IMG/VR virus record: IMGVR_UViG_3300042514_000542
Coordinates: 60,370-124,369 of that record
DNA from: a virus
DNA: 64,000 nucleotides
Reading direction: 5' to 3' (one strand)
In this document: piece by piece, positions 35,161 to 43,475 of the stretch
Numbering within the stretch: position 1 is the stretch's first letter
Layout of the letters: the number at the start of each line of letters is the position of its first letter
Position numbers and translations under genes: made by a program
Notes under the pieces: model-generated
Databases searched by the model: none
Seen by the model: only the letters and a program-made list of their open reading frames with translations
Told to the model about the DNA's origin: nothing

Positions 35161-35616
35161 CTATTCCTTAAAGTATGCATCAGTGATCACTTCATTTTTA
35201 TCATAATCAATCACTAACATAGGTGATCCATCGTATCTCACATCATCCCTCAATTGAAGACCCCACTTATAAGTCATACAAAGTGTCATGATATCTATTG
35301 CAAAGAACTTACCAATCAAATCTTTTAGATCAACTTCAGGAAGATCCCACTCGAAACTATGCATGTTGAAGAATGGTTGATCCCTACCATCGAGAGGATC
35401 GTTATCATCAAATATATTAGGATATTCCTCTAACCACACATATGTAGAGGAAGAATTTAATTCCGTTTTTCTAACAGTATATTGTTGACCCGGAACTAGT
35501 TTCTTAGCATCTTCGTTAACGTTAATAAACCAACTTCTAGTAGGCTCTATAAATGTTATCTTCTGCCCTACTTTTGGTAGACCATGTAATATTTTTCTGT
35601 CATTAAACATGCTCAT
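35161..35616 (-). CDS. hypothetical protein
   Basis: 151-aa ORF. Confidence 0.5.
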   Translation of the reverse strand: MSMFNDRKILHGLPKVGQKITFIEPTRSWFINVNEDAKKLVPGQQYTVRKTELNSSSTYVWLEEYPNIFDDNDPLDGRDQPFFNMHSFEWDLPEVDLKDLIGKFFAIDIMTLCMTYKWGLQLRDDVRYDGSPMLVIDYDKNEVITDAYFKE

Positions 35617-36029
35617 AATAGTGGTAGATGGTCTGTTAGACCATCGAATTTGCTCGATTCATGTGGCCCGATTGCAATTGCCGTCTTAGTCTTAACTCCA
35701 TTAAATTCAGTCGCACCGTTGTCGATAATCATATGGGATATTAACCCATTGTCAAGAGCCTTTTGGTGAAGTTCGTCAAGTTCTTGTTCACTGTTGACAT
35801 AGACACAGATTTTACGAAATGAGTTTTTCAACCAATGGTCTATTTCATCGACATGTTTAGATTCTAAGTCTTGATAAAAGTAGTCATCCCTATACACATG
35901 TTGATAATCGTAGTCAACCCGACCACCTTTTGTTAAGAATGACATTGATGCATGACTCGATTGGGCGCACATCTTCCCCTTCCTCATGTTGAGGTCTTTT
36001 CGGATTACTATAACCTGTTTAGTATTCAT
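35613..36029 (-). CDS. peptidyl-tRNA hydrolase PTH2-like
   Basis: RKGKMCAQSSHAS and AIAIGPHE match PTH2 motifs (GKGKIAAQCSHA, AIGPGP). Confidence 0.6.
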   Translation of the reverse strand: MNTKQVIVIRKDLNMRKGKMCAQSSHASMSFLTKGGRVDYDYQHVYRDDYFYQDLESKHVDEIDHWLKNSFRKICVYVNSEQELDELHQKALDNGLISHMIIDNGATEFNGVKTKTAIAIGPHESSKFDGLTDHLPLL

Positions 36030-36370
36030 ATTTCGTTATTAGTGAACCAATTTTCCAGTGTTAGAAATGATATATTTTCTAATGATATATCACAACTAAA
36101 CTCTTTAGTGAGAAAAGTAAAATAAGGACTTATGTTGTGAGTTTTCACATACTCGTCATATTTTACACGAAACCCATTAAAATCATCGTTCAAAATGGTT
36201 GGTTGGTTATCTTTAAACCATGTATTATATTCATCATATGATTTCTTAGAATCTTCATATAATTGCAAAAAATCATACTCTGCCTTTTCCAAGGATTCAT
36301 AGGTAAATGGATATGTGTTCACACCACAATACTCTTCATCGCTATAATACTCTGTTAATACTAATTTCAT
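36026..36370 (-). CDS. hypothetical protein
   Basis: 114-aa ORF. Confidence 0.5.
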   Translation of the reverse strand: MKLVLTEYYSDEEYCGVNTYPFTYESLEKAEYDFLQLYEDSKKSYDEYNTWFKDNQPTILNDDFNGFRVKYDEYVKTHNISPYFTFLTKEFSCDISLENISFLTLENWFTNNEI

Positions 36371-37050
36371 TACTTACAAGTGTAGATTCTCGACGGAACA
36401 TGTCCCCCTTGAAATGTCCCCCAAGGGACTGTCATTGCATCGCCTGTTACGTCCGAAAACTTAGCCATTTTAGGATACCACATCTTATCAGTAATTTTAT
36501 CAACCTTGTCCTTATGGACAAAGATGTGATATCCACCACGGGTTTCCGTTACATCACAGTAGCCACCGCAAAGTTCAATACATGTTTGAAGAGTTTCATC
36601 GTTTTTATCGTCAACATCAAACATGATATACTTTCGTTCACCTACGGACTTTTGGATTTCACTCATTACCTCTTGATGTGGATTAGAATTCTTCCCACCA
36701 CATTCTAGAACAGTAGCAAGCTTGCCAATACTACGCACAGTAGCCTTCCACAGATCCCTTGGACTGATACTGATGTAACATGCCAAAGACTCTTGTGGAA
36801 CGTCTCTACCATCCAATTTATAAGCACCAACCCTGCATTGCATTTGATCGATCTTATCGAAGATATACTCCTTCTTGGAAGTCTTTCTACATAGTTGCCC
36901 TTTGTCGCTTTTAATCCACGGCATTTCGGGGCAATACTTCTTCCTACAAAATAGAGTAAGATAGTATTGTTCGGTTTCCTTACAATCGGGTAGCCATTCA
37001 ATAAACTCTCTCAACTTTTGCTCGTCTTTGATGATTTCGTAATGTTTCAT
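36370..37050 (-). CDS. hypothetical protein, possible AEP-type primase-polymerase fold
   Basis: 226 aa; MFDVDDKND (DxD) and TRGGYHIFV (sGxGxHhh-like) resemble AEP motifs I/II; weak. Confidence 0.35.
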   Translation of the reverse strand: MKHYEIIKDEQKLREFIEWLPDCKETEQYYLTLFCRKKYCPEMPWIKSDKGQLCRKTSKKEYIFDKIDQMQCRVGAYKLDGRDVPQESLACYISISPRDLWKATVRSIGKLATVLECGGKNSNPHQEVMSEIQKSVGERKYIMFDVDDKNDETLQTCIELCGGYCDVTETRGGYHIFVHKDKVDKITDKMWYPKMAKFSDVTGDAMTVPWGTFQGGHVPSRIYTCK

Positions 37051-37056
37051 GTTGTG

Positions 37057-37078
37057 ATTATACTTCGGTTTTAATTAA
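37057..37078 (-). promoter_or_regulatory. cassette motif copy
   Basis: +strand ATTATACTTCGGTTTTAATTAA. Confidence 0.6.
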
Positions 37079-38490
37079 CTCTCTTCCTCCATATCGGCTT
37101 CGTTATTATCCCTCGCAGCGGATTCCTTAATAACAAATTTAGGTGATTTGAATTTTAATGCGGTTCTCTTGGGATTGTTTTCAATTCTAAGAACAATACC
37201 CTCATTAACAACACCAGTGGTGCAAAGTTCACAATCCTTATCAAGATGAGCCTCCTTAAGTTTTGCCAAGAAATTATCATTCCAATCTTTATCCATAGGG
37301 ATATCATCAGCAAACATATCTCTAGCCAATCCAGTATAATATACTGGAACTGTTTTCAATCCAAGATCATGACAAAATTCCTCAATCTCATACCATTCCA
37401 ATTCGTAGATTTTACCTTCAGGTAGGTTACAAGTAATTCTATATACTCGGAATTCGCATTCACCTTTAGCTACACCGTAATCATAACCCTTTTGGATGGT
37501 CGCACCACCGGAGGTATATCCCACAATTTCACCATACACAGTATAACGTTCTGGAATTTCACCCTCAAGTTCTGCTGCAATAACACCCCATACATCATCA
37601 GTATAGTTCCCATCGCGTCTATTCTTAAGAACACTACGACTAGAGTATACGAACTTATATTCCGTGTCTGGAATATTAAGTCCAAGATTGGGTACATAAT
37701 ATCCGATCTTATTAAGAATAGGTCTAGTGATGCTGAATGGTTTCTTACAAAGAATGTTCGCAAAGATCGCAGACGTTCCATGCATCTTAGAAGATACCGT
37801 AATAAAATCATCAGGATTAACTAAGAAGATATTCCTACCAAGATGTTCAGTCTTATAATGAAATGCGAATTGACCATCAACAAGTTGAGATTTGATACCT
37901 TCGGCCTTTCTATTGAACCATGCATTAATAGGCTTATATAGTTTAACACGAATAGGTCTTGGCATGACACCAATGGTTTTCTCAACCCATTTTGGAACAC
38001 GGCTCTTTTTCTCATTAGCTTCACCGCTATTTCTAGCATCACCCTTAACGTATTTCTTGGCTAGAACATCTTCACCAACAGTATCAAAGATATCACCAAG
38101 TTTAAAGGTGTCTTCATCTACTTCATAATATTTTGCTAGTTCGGATACTTTGAATAGGAATCCTTGGGATGGAATGGATCTTAGGCCAATAGCCTTAACA
38201 CGACCATGCTTACCGAAAAATCCCTTGGTTTTTCCATCAGCATTAAGTTCGGCGTTATCTCTAAGATTTGCCCAAGATAGGAACTTAAGAGAAATGGCAC
38301 ATTCTACTGGAAAGTAGACCACAAGATCACCTTCGTTATAAGAACCTTTTCCAATGATAATAGTATTACCAAAGACTTCCACCAAAGAAAGTCTATCTGC
38401 GTTGGGGTGATCCTTAATAACAGGAACCTTTACGACAGTTGGTAGGTAGTTGGGATCTGCACCCTCGCTAATAGTTAATTTTGCTTTCAT
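37075..38490 (-). CDS. rnlB: RNA ligase 2-like enzyme fused to an N-terminal tRNA-binding (Myf/EMAP-II/Trbp111-type) OB domain
   Basis: N-terminus HPNADRLSLVEVFGNTIIIG resembles tRNA-binding domains; KMHGTSAIF matches T4 Rnl2 motif I KIHGTN; 471 aa. Confidence 0.55.
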   Translation of the reverse strand: MKAKLTISEGADPNYLPTVVKVPVIKDHPNADRLSLVEVFGNTIIIGKGSYNEGDLVVYFPVECAISLKFLSWANLRDNAELNADGKTKGFFGKHGRVKAIGLRSIPSQGFLFKVSELAKYYEVDEDTFKLGDIFDTVGEDVLAKKYVKGDARNSGEANEKKSRVPKWVEKTIGVMPRPIRVKLYKPINAWFNRKAEGIKSQLVDGQFAFHYKTEHLGRNIFLVNPDDFITVSSKMHGTSAIFANILCKKPFSITRPILNKIGYYVPNLGLNIPDTEYKFVYSSRSVLKNRRDGNYTDDVWGVIAAELEGEIPERYTVYGEIVGYTSGGATIQKGYDYGVAKGECEFRVYRITCNLPEGKIYELEWYEIEEFCHDLGLKTVPVYYTGLARDMFADDIPMDKDWNDNFLAKLKEAHLDKDCELCTTGVVNEGIVLRIENNPKRTALKFKSPKFVIKESAARDNNEADMEEES

Positions 38491-38496
38491 AGTGTG

Positions 38497-38518
38497 ATTA
38501 TACTTCGGTTTTAATTAA
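38497..38518 (-). promoter_or_regulatory. cassette motif copy (translated as C-terminal ..LIKTEV of the upstream gene)
   Basis: +strand ATTATACTTCGGTTTTAATTAA. Confidence 0.6.
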
Positions 38519-38800
38519 GTCCTTCTTCAGTTCACCAAATGTTTTCGATCTATTATGGTAGCCATATTCAATAATTTCTGATAGATATTTATCATCTTCA
38601 AATCGGGCAACTGGTGAACCAGAAAACATCCAAGATACACTACCACACCATTCAAATTCTGGAAATCCATTATGTCTACCATATTGAACCATAACACAAC
38701 CACAGGGGTCGTTATCAAGACATTCTCTCATATCAACATTTCTATCATCGGGTTGTGATTCAATCCAATCGTGAAATTCTTTAATTTTTACTCTTTTCAT
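38498..38800 (-). CDS. hypothetical protein
   Basis: 100 aa; stop is the TAA of the TATAAT-like box. Confidence 0.5.
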   Translation of the reverse strand: MKRVKIKEFHDWIESQPDDRNVDMRECLDNDPCGCVMVQYGRHNGFPEFEWCGSVSWMFSGSPVARFEDDKYLSEIIEYGYHNRSKTFGELKKDLIKTEV

Positions 38801-38981
38801 TTAATTTCTCTATTTCTTTCTCGGTTTTTTCTTTAATCTTTTTAGCAACTTCCAGCATTTTTAATGCGAAATCATCTGGATGTTTTTCTACATGAATCTC
38901 CCAGAACATGACATACCCAATGGCATTCATCAAGCGTTTACCGTAGATTCTTTTAAGTCTGTATGGATCTTCTTCAAGCAT
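38781..38981 (-). CDS. hypothetical protein
   Basis: 66-aa Lys/Glu-rich ORF. Confidence 0.35.
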   Translation of the reverse strand: MLEEDPYRLKRIYGKRLMNAIGYVMFWEIHVEKHPDDFALKMLEVAKKIKEKTEKEIEKLNEKSKN

Positions 38982-39045
38982 TCTTTACATGTCACTCTTT
39001 TACGTTTCGGTGTAACTCTACCAGACGATTGTGAGAATTCCATAT

Positions 39046-39897
39046 TTATTCAAAATCGCGGATACTATGGATAAAGGGAAATCTGGGAATTTGCTTATCA
39101 GGTGTCTTATTAAAGAAAACCACAGTAGCCAATTTACCAATGTAGTTATCCTTGTTATCTAACAGTTCTTTAAGGTATGCTCTATCACCTTTAATATTGG
39201 AATTGAAACTATGTCCAAGTTCGTTTTCAAAAACCATAGCACCTGCAAGCCCCGCACGATTTCCAACACCTTCCACAATATCAAGAATCTTATACTCTTC
39301 ATCTTGGAATTCTTTCCTCTTAAGAAGATTAGCAGAACGCTTGAATTCATACGGTGTATCGAGTCGAACCATTTGACCCTCATAACCTCTATCAAGATAT
39401 GCACCATAAACTTTATCTAAGGTTTCAAGATCATCAATTCTTTGTGTAGTTACTCTAACAATACAATCGGGAAGATTAAAATTTTCTTTGATTGTTTTGA
39501 TCCAATTTTTACGTTGTCTAAAAGTGTGTTTATCACTGGCAGTATCATACCACCAGAATTGAACCATTTCGGCACTTTCCACCAAATCATCTTTGGTCGG
39601 TTTTTGCTTCTTAATCAAAGATGACATTTTGTTGAAGTCATGCTTCAAATCGTGGTTGTATAATTCACCATCAAGGATCAAATCTGGATACTTTTCAAAT
39701 ACGGGTTCCAGTGCTTCAAGAATATGTGGAATAGTTGCCCAAGGTTTACCATTACGAGACTTTGCCCCATTACGAGTAATCACCGCTCGACAATTATGAA
39801 CTAATATATCATTAGCGTAGAAGTTATGATTATCTTCTACTTCTATATCATATCGATCATAAAAATCTTCTAATTTTTCTATCTTAACAATTTTCAT
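39046..39897 (-). CDS. ATP-dependent DNA ligase C-terminal fragment, preceded by a split-intein C-half (IntC, ~35 aa)
   Basis: Starts MKIVKIEKLEDFYDRYDIEVEDNHNFYANDILVHN|C, closely resembling Npu DnaE IntC (MIKIATRKYLGKQNVYDIGVERDHNFALKNGFIASN|C). Ligase motifs follow: ILDGELY, GYEGQMVR, LLKRK. Confidence 0.7.
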   Translation of the reverse strand: MKIVKIEKLEDFYDRYDIEVEDNHNFYANDILVHNCRAVITRNGAKSRNGKPWATIPHILEALEPVFEKYPDLILDGELYNHDLKHDFNKMSSLIKKQKPTKDDLVESAEMVQFWWYDTASDKHTFRQRKNWIKTIKENFNLPDCIVRVTTQRIDDLETLDKVYGAYLDRGYEGQMVRLDTPYEFKRSANLLKRKEFQDEEYKILDIVEGVGNRAGLAGAMVFENELGHSFNSNIKGDRAYLKELLDNKDNYIGKLATVVFFNKTPDKQIPRFPFIHSIRDFE

Positions 39898-40777
39898 ATT
39901 TATTTAAAATCTCCTCAACTCGTTCTTTATTAATCTCATCATCCCAAATAGTCTCAAAGTTATAATTTAAATTGATTATGTGGTCTTCTTTTATTTTATC
40001 TCTTTGCCATATTTGTTCCGCTGTTAACTTTCCATGGATTGTATTGAACATATCATGTGGTTTATAATATTTTGGATTTGCGTGCCAAAAGCACCCGTTA
40101 ACCTCAATCACCAATTTTTTATTAGGTATGTATATATCAACAATTGGGCAAAACCTTCTCTCCATAATTGGATTGTAAGATTTAAAGTATTCATTTGTTT
40201 CGGTTTCATATTCTACTCCCAAATCGTCTAAAATCTGCAATGTATCTCTATGCGGTTTAGATAATCTAAATGTCTTTCGAAAAAATCCCGGAATCTCCGA
40301 TGGATGCTCGACACCATGATTAGTTATCCAGTAATCTTTAATTTTTTGTTTAATTACAGGAGATTTAAAATTATTATCTACTCCATATGTGTCTAAACAT
40401 TTTAATCTCTTTTGTTCCTTTACTATATTTGACTGGGATATATTTGTTATATTCTCACCATATTTCTCTCTTATAGTTTTAATTTTACTGGCACTAACAC
40501 TTGGAAGGAAACATGTATCGGAAATGTTTCTAGTTTCAACTCCTGTTTCATTTCGTAATCTATCTATAATAACACCAGCACCACCTATAGATATTCCAAT
40601 TTCTTGGAAATACTTGACTATAGAGTTTGCACTCATATGTTCATTAAGATATAAATCAATTAATAAATCATTTGTTATTATTTCTCTAATATATTTTCTT
40701 CTATCGTGATTATTTGGGTGTTTCGACAATACATCTCTATCCAATATCAAGCTTTCAAATTTTTCCTTTTCAGTCAT
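39884..40777 (-). CDS. free-standing Vsr-like (PD-(D/E)XK) homing endonuclease between the intein halves
   Basis: 297 aa; LVIEVNGCFWHANP matches the Vsr signature FxDGCFWHxH; separated by stop codons from the IntN ORF and overlaps the IntC ORF by 14 nt. Confidence 0.6.
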   Translation of the reverse strand: MTEKEKFESLILDRDVLSKHPNNHDRRKYIREIITNDLLIDLYLNEHMSANSIVKYFQEIGISIGGAGVIIDRLRNETGVETRNISDTCFLPSVSASKIKTIREKYGENITNISQSNIVKEQKRLKCLDTYGVDNNFKSPVIKQKIKDYWITNHGVEHPSEIPGFFRKTFRLSKPHRDTLQILDDLGVEYETETNEYFKSYNPIMERRFCPIVDIYIPNKKLVIEVNGCFWHANPKYYKPHDMFNTIHGKLTAEQIWQRDKIKEDHIINLNYNFETIWDDEINKERVEEILNKYENC

Positions 40778-40816
40778 CTATATTATTTAGTCAAAACTGG
40801 ATGGTTTCAACCAAAA

Positions 40817-41506
40817 TTAGATGGAATTTTTTAAAGTTTCTGTTCCATCCAATTCATCGACTCTTCGCCAACATTTAAGATTATCTACCCAAACTCTATG
40901 ATTACCAGTAAGAACTAACTCTTTACCACTGTCTGTTGTAATTTTATACCAATTAGATGTTTTCTCTTTTATGTCTACTCCGTTCAACATAACACATTTT
41001 ATAGACTTGTATTCATTCTCCCCTGTAGTCTCGTTATAAGTTTTAATTTTTGGTAAATCTGTTGTCATAGAATCTAGAAATAATTCATACAACTCATGTA
41101 TCTTCATATCTTCATTTTCTAATGATATCATACTATATCCATGCAAACATCCATCAAGCTTGGGTTGACTATATACAGGAAATTTTACCTTATCTTTACG
41201 GTCTTCCCATTTCTTAGCAAGCATGGGTTCTACGTATTCAGAGGTGTCGATCTTTGAGATATCAACATGATATCCAGTGTCCTTCTTCTTAGTCCAAGAT
41301 GCTTGTGCTTCGAATAACGCCTGTTCTTCTGGTGTTCTTTGATTTGCACGATTTTCGTTTGTAACTAAACAGACAGTCCATTCCGTAGTCTGTAACTTGC
41401 CATTAAGTTGTCCATGAATAGTTCTATACGAATCTTTTTCGATTTCTACAGTCCATGTTTGAATCGCTCCCGTATTTGTTCGGGAATATAATGTGGGTAG
41501 TTGCAT
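40817..41506 (-). CDS. ATP-dependent DNA ligase N-terminal fragment (through motif I KLDG) fused to a split-intein N-half (IntN, ~120 aa)
   Basis: KVKFPVYSQPKLDG|CLHGYSM... cf. T4 gp30 KFPAFAQLKADGARC. Intein block B ELVLTGNHRVWVDN; ends ...LKNSI then stop. Confidence 0.7.
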   Translation of the reverse strand: MQLPTLYSRTNTGAIQTWTVEIEKDSYRTIHGQLNGKLQTTEWTVCLVTNENRANQRTPEEQALFEAQASWTKKKDTGYHVDISKIDTSEYVEPMLAKKWEDRKDKVKFPVYSQPKLDGCLHGYSMISLENEDMKIHELYELFLDSMTTDLPKIKTYNETTGENEYKSIKCVMLNGVDIKEKTSNWYKITTDSGKELVLTGNHRVWVDNLKCWRRVDELDGTETLKNSI

Positions 41507-41513
41507 GTGATGA

Positions 41514-41535
41514 TTATAGTTCGGTTTTAATTAAT
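41514..41535 (-). promoter_or_regulatory. cassette motif copy (printed coordinates may be off by 1 nt here)
   Basis: +strand ATTATAGTTCGGTTTTAATTAA; encodes the C-terminal ..LIKTEL of the YopX gene. Confidence 0.6.
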
Positions 41536-41957
41536 TCGGGATTTTCGTAGATATTTCCAATAATTTCATATTTTTTAAAATCCTTGGATGTGTGGTTAAA
41601 GGCTCTACCGACTACTTCTGACTTAGATTCTCCGATCCTTCTATATATGTAAGGTGAATTAAAACTACCATCATAAAAGTCCACAACCATAAGAAATCTC
41701 AAATCTATTCCTTGCATCTGATGAAAGTTTTTAGATATAGTTTCTAAGATATCTCCCTCATAAATCTCTTTACCGTTTTTATCTTTAAATCCAGTGAATT
41801 GCATAACCTTAGAATACTTCAACCAATCATTGAAATCCCACACATCACCACCCCGACCACTCATTGAGTTATGTTCTACATGATGTTTTTCAATACCATG
41901 ATGCATTTTATCATTATACCACGCTCTAAATTTAATTTCTCTATTCATATCATTCAA
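41514..41957 (-). CDS. YopX-family protein
   Basis: 147 aa; EIKFRAWYNDKM... and C-terminal EIIGNIYENPEL match the YopX domain. Confidence 0.55.
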   Translation of the reverse strand: MNDMNREIKFRAWYNDKMHHGIEKHHVEHNSMSGRGGDVWDFNDWLKYSKVMQFTGFKDKNGKEIYEGDILETISKNFHQMQGIDLRFLMVVDFYDGSFNSPYIYRRIGESKSEVVGRAFNHTSKDFKKYEIIGNIYENPELIKTEL

Positions 41958-42175
41958 CCATCATAAACTCCAAGCTGTCTCCAACCTCTTCTTCCCCAAA
42001 CAAAATCACAACCATCCTTGTGTCCACTCTCGTCTGTAATATCAACTAACCCTTTACAATTTTCACAACATTTAAAATTGTCCAAATCAGAATTTTTTAA
42101 CTTAGTCCCATCAAACGGACAATACCAATATCCATCTTGATCATAATTGGCTAGACATTTGGGACATCTTATCAT
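41954..42175 (-). CDS. zinc-ribbon protein
   Basis: 73 aa with CPKC...CP and CCENCK Cys pairs. Confidence 0.45.
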   Translation of the reverse strand: MIRCPKCLANYDQDGYWYCPFDGTKLKNSDLDNFKCCENCKGLVDITDESGHKDGCDFVWGRRGWRQLGVYDG

Positions 42176-42717
42176 AATGGAATGTATACTGAACTTTTTG
42201 GCTTCTCTGTAGGCTTCATTTCCCCATTATCTATATCATAGATGATAAATTCAACAGGGAATTTTGATTCAATATCCTTAAGGATAGCTTCTACAATGAT
42301 CCACGAACCACCAGCACGAACAGATGCCATACCGTATGGAATACCAATAGTGAATGGAGATTCTAGTTTACATAGTCGATCACATGCTCTATAGATAGCA
42401 TCATATAGATAGTCATACCTACAGTTCCTATTTAAAGGATGACCATCATTACCGATACCAACTTGGCCATATAGATTAATGACCAACCTATTATCAGGTA
42501 GAATTGCGACTGAACTTCTACCGAGTTTATCGCTCTTTTGAGCTATCATACTACTACCCATGAGATTATCATGATAATCTAAGTCTGCTTGATAAACCTC
42601 TGGCCATTTTTCCTTAAGGTAGTATGCAATACCACTACCCATAACACATTCGATATTGGCACAATGCATTGCAACATCCCAATCCCCGTCAAGCAAATTT
42701 CCTTTTTTATATTTCAT
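42172..42717 (-). CDS. macro-domain protein (ADP-ribose binding/hydrolase)
   Basis: KKGNLLDGDWDVAMHCANIECVMGSGIAYYL fits the macro-domain N-terminal signature. Confidence 0.55.
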   Translation of the reverse strand: MKYKKGNLLDGDWDVAMHCANIECVMGSGIAYYLKEKWPEVYQADLDYHDNLMGSSMIAQKSDKLGRSSVAILPDNRLVINLYGQVGIGNDGHPLNRNCRYDYLYDAIYRACDRLCKLESPFTIGIPYGMASVRAGGSWIIVEAILKDIESKFPVEFIIYDIDNGEMKPTEKPKSSVYIPL

Positions 42718-43109
42718 ATATATTTTTCTGTTTTAATAAATGACTCTGTATGAGTTTCGTTCAAGATTTTATACTTCATATCTGGATAATGTAGTTCCAT
42801 ATATAAGTCTAACTCATCTTCATTTAAAGCGCATACAAAAAACTTCTTTTCATCAATACCAACCTCATACATATTATGTAGAATGGTATCGTAATAGATG
42901 ACTTTGTAAACTCTACCATAACCGACACGAATAGCGTATTCAGCAAATAAGAAAAACACACAGATGACCATCCACCAATTAGTATCAGTTCCGAATATCC
43001 AACCAACACCACCAAACTTACACATTAAGAGCAATCCGATAATTGACATGATCCAGCCCCACCAATCAAATGGTTTAAATAATCTACCTACTTCTTTTGG
43101 TGTGTTCAT
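42714..43109 (-). CDS. membrane protein
   Basis: 131 aa with two or three TM helices. Confidence 0.5.
   Translation of the reverse strand: MNTPKEVGRLFKPFDWWGWIMSIIGLLLMCKFGGVGWIFGTDTNWWMVICVFFLFAEYAIRVGYGRVYKVIYYDTILHNMYEVGIDEKKFFVCALNEDELDLYMELHYPDMKYKILNETHTESFIKTEKYI
42718..42745 (-). promoter_or_regulatory. degenerate cassette motif copy
   Basis: +strand ATATATTTTTCTGTTTTAATAAATGA upstream of the macro-domain gene start. Confidence 0.35.
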
Positions 43110-43291
43110 TTGGTTCCTAATTTTTGTTTAATCGCTTCTTCAAGTTTATCTATGACTTTGGTCAATTCCGGTGTCTTTCCAATATTTTCCTTTTTATATA
43201 GTTTGAAATATCTCTCCCTCAAAGAGACTAATACTTCATCTACAGGTTCGGGTTCTACTTTCTTTTTTCGTTTAGCAGCCATTATACCCAA
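43106..43291 (-). CDS. hypothetical protein
   Basis: 61-aa ORF. Confidence 0.4.
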   Translation of the reverse strand: MGIMAAKRKKKVEPEPVDEVLVSLRERYFKLYKKENIGKTPELTKVIDKLEEAIKQKLGTK

Positions 43292-43473
43292 TCCTCCTTT
43301 TTACCATATGCATAAAAATGATTAGTGTTGTTTCTAATTGAGCCTTCTGCATGACCATCCCAATAACACGTATTTGATAGTTCTTCCATCTTCTCACGAA
43401 TAGAGTTTAACTCTTCTGCGCCATACCCCCACTCATCTTTCAGTTCCTTTAGTAGTGTCGTAATCATAGTCAT
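43282..43473 (-). CDS. hypothetical protein
   Basis: 63-aa ORF. Confidence 0.4.
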   Translation of the reverse strand: MTMITTLLKELKDEWGYGAEELNSIREKMEELSNTCYWDGHAEGSIRNNTNHFYAYGKKEDWV

Positions 43474-43475
43474 AG

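Noticed and set aside
41500-41520. Apparent 1-nt frameshift between printed coordinates and ORF-track coordinates around 41505-41517
   Set aside because: Probably my indexing. ORF-track coordinates were used for genes; motif coordinates there are flagged as ±1.
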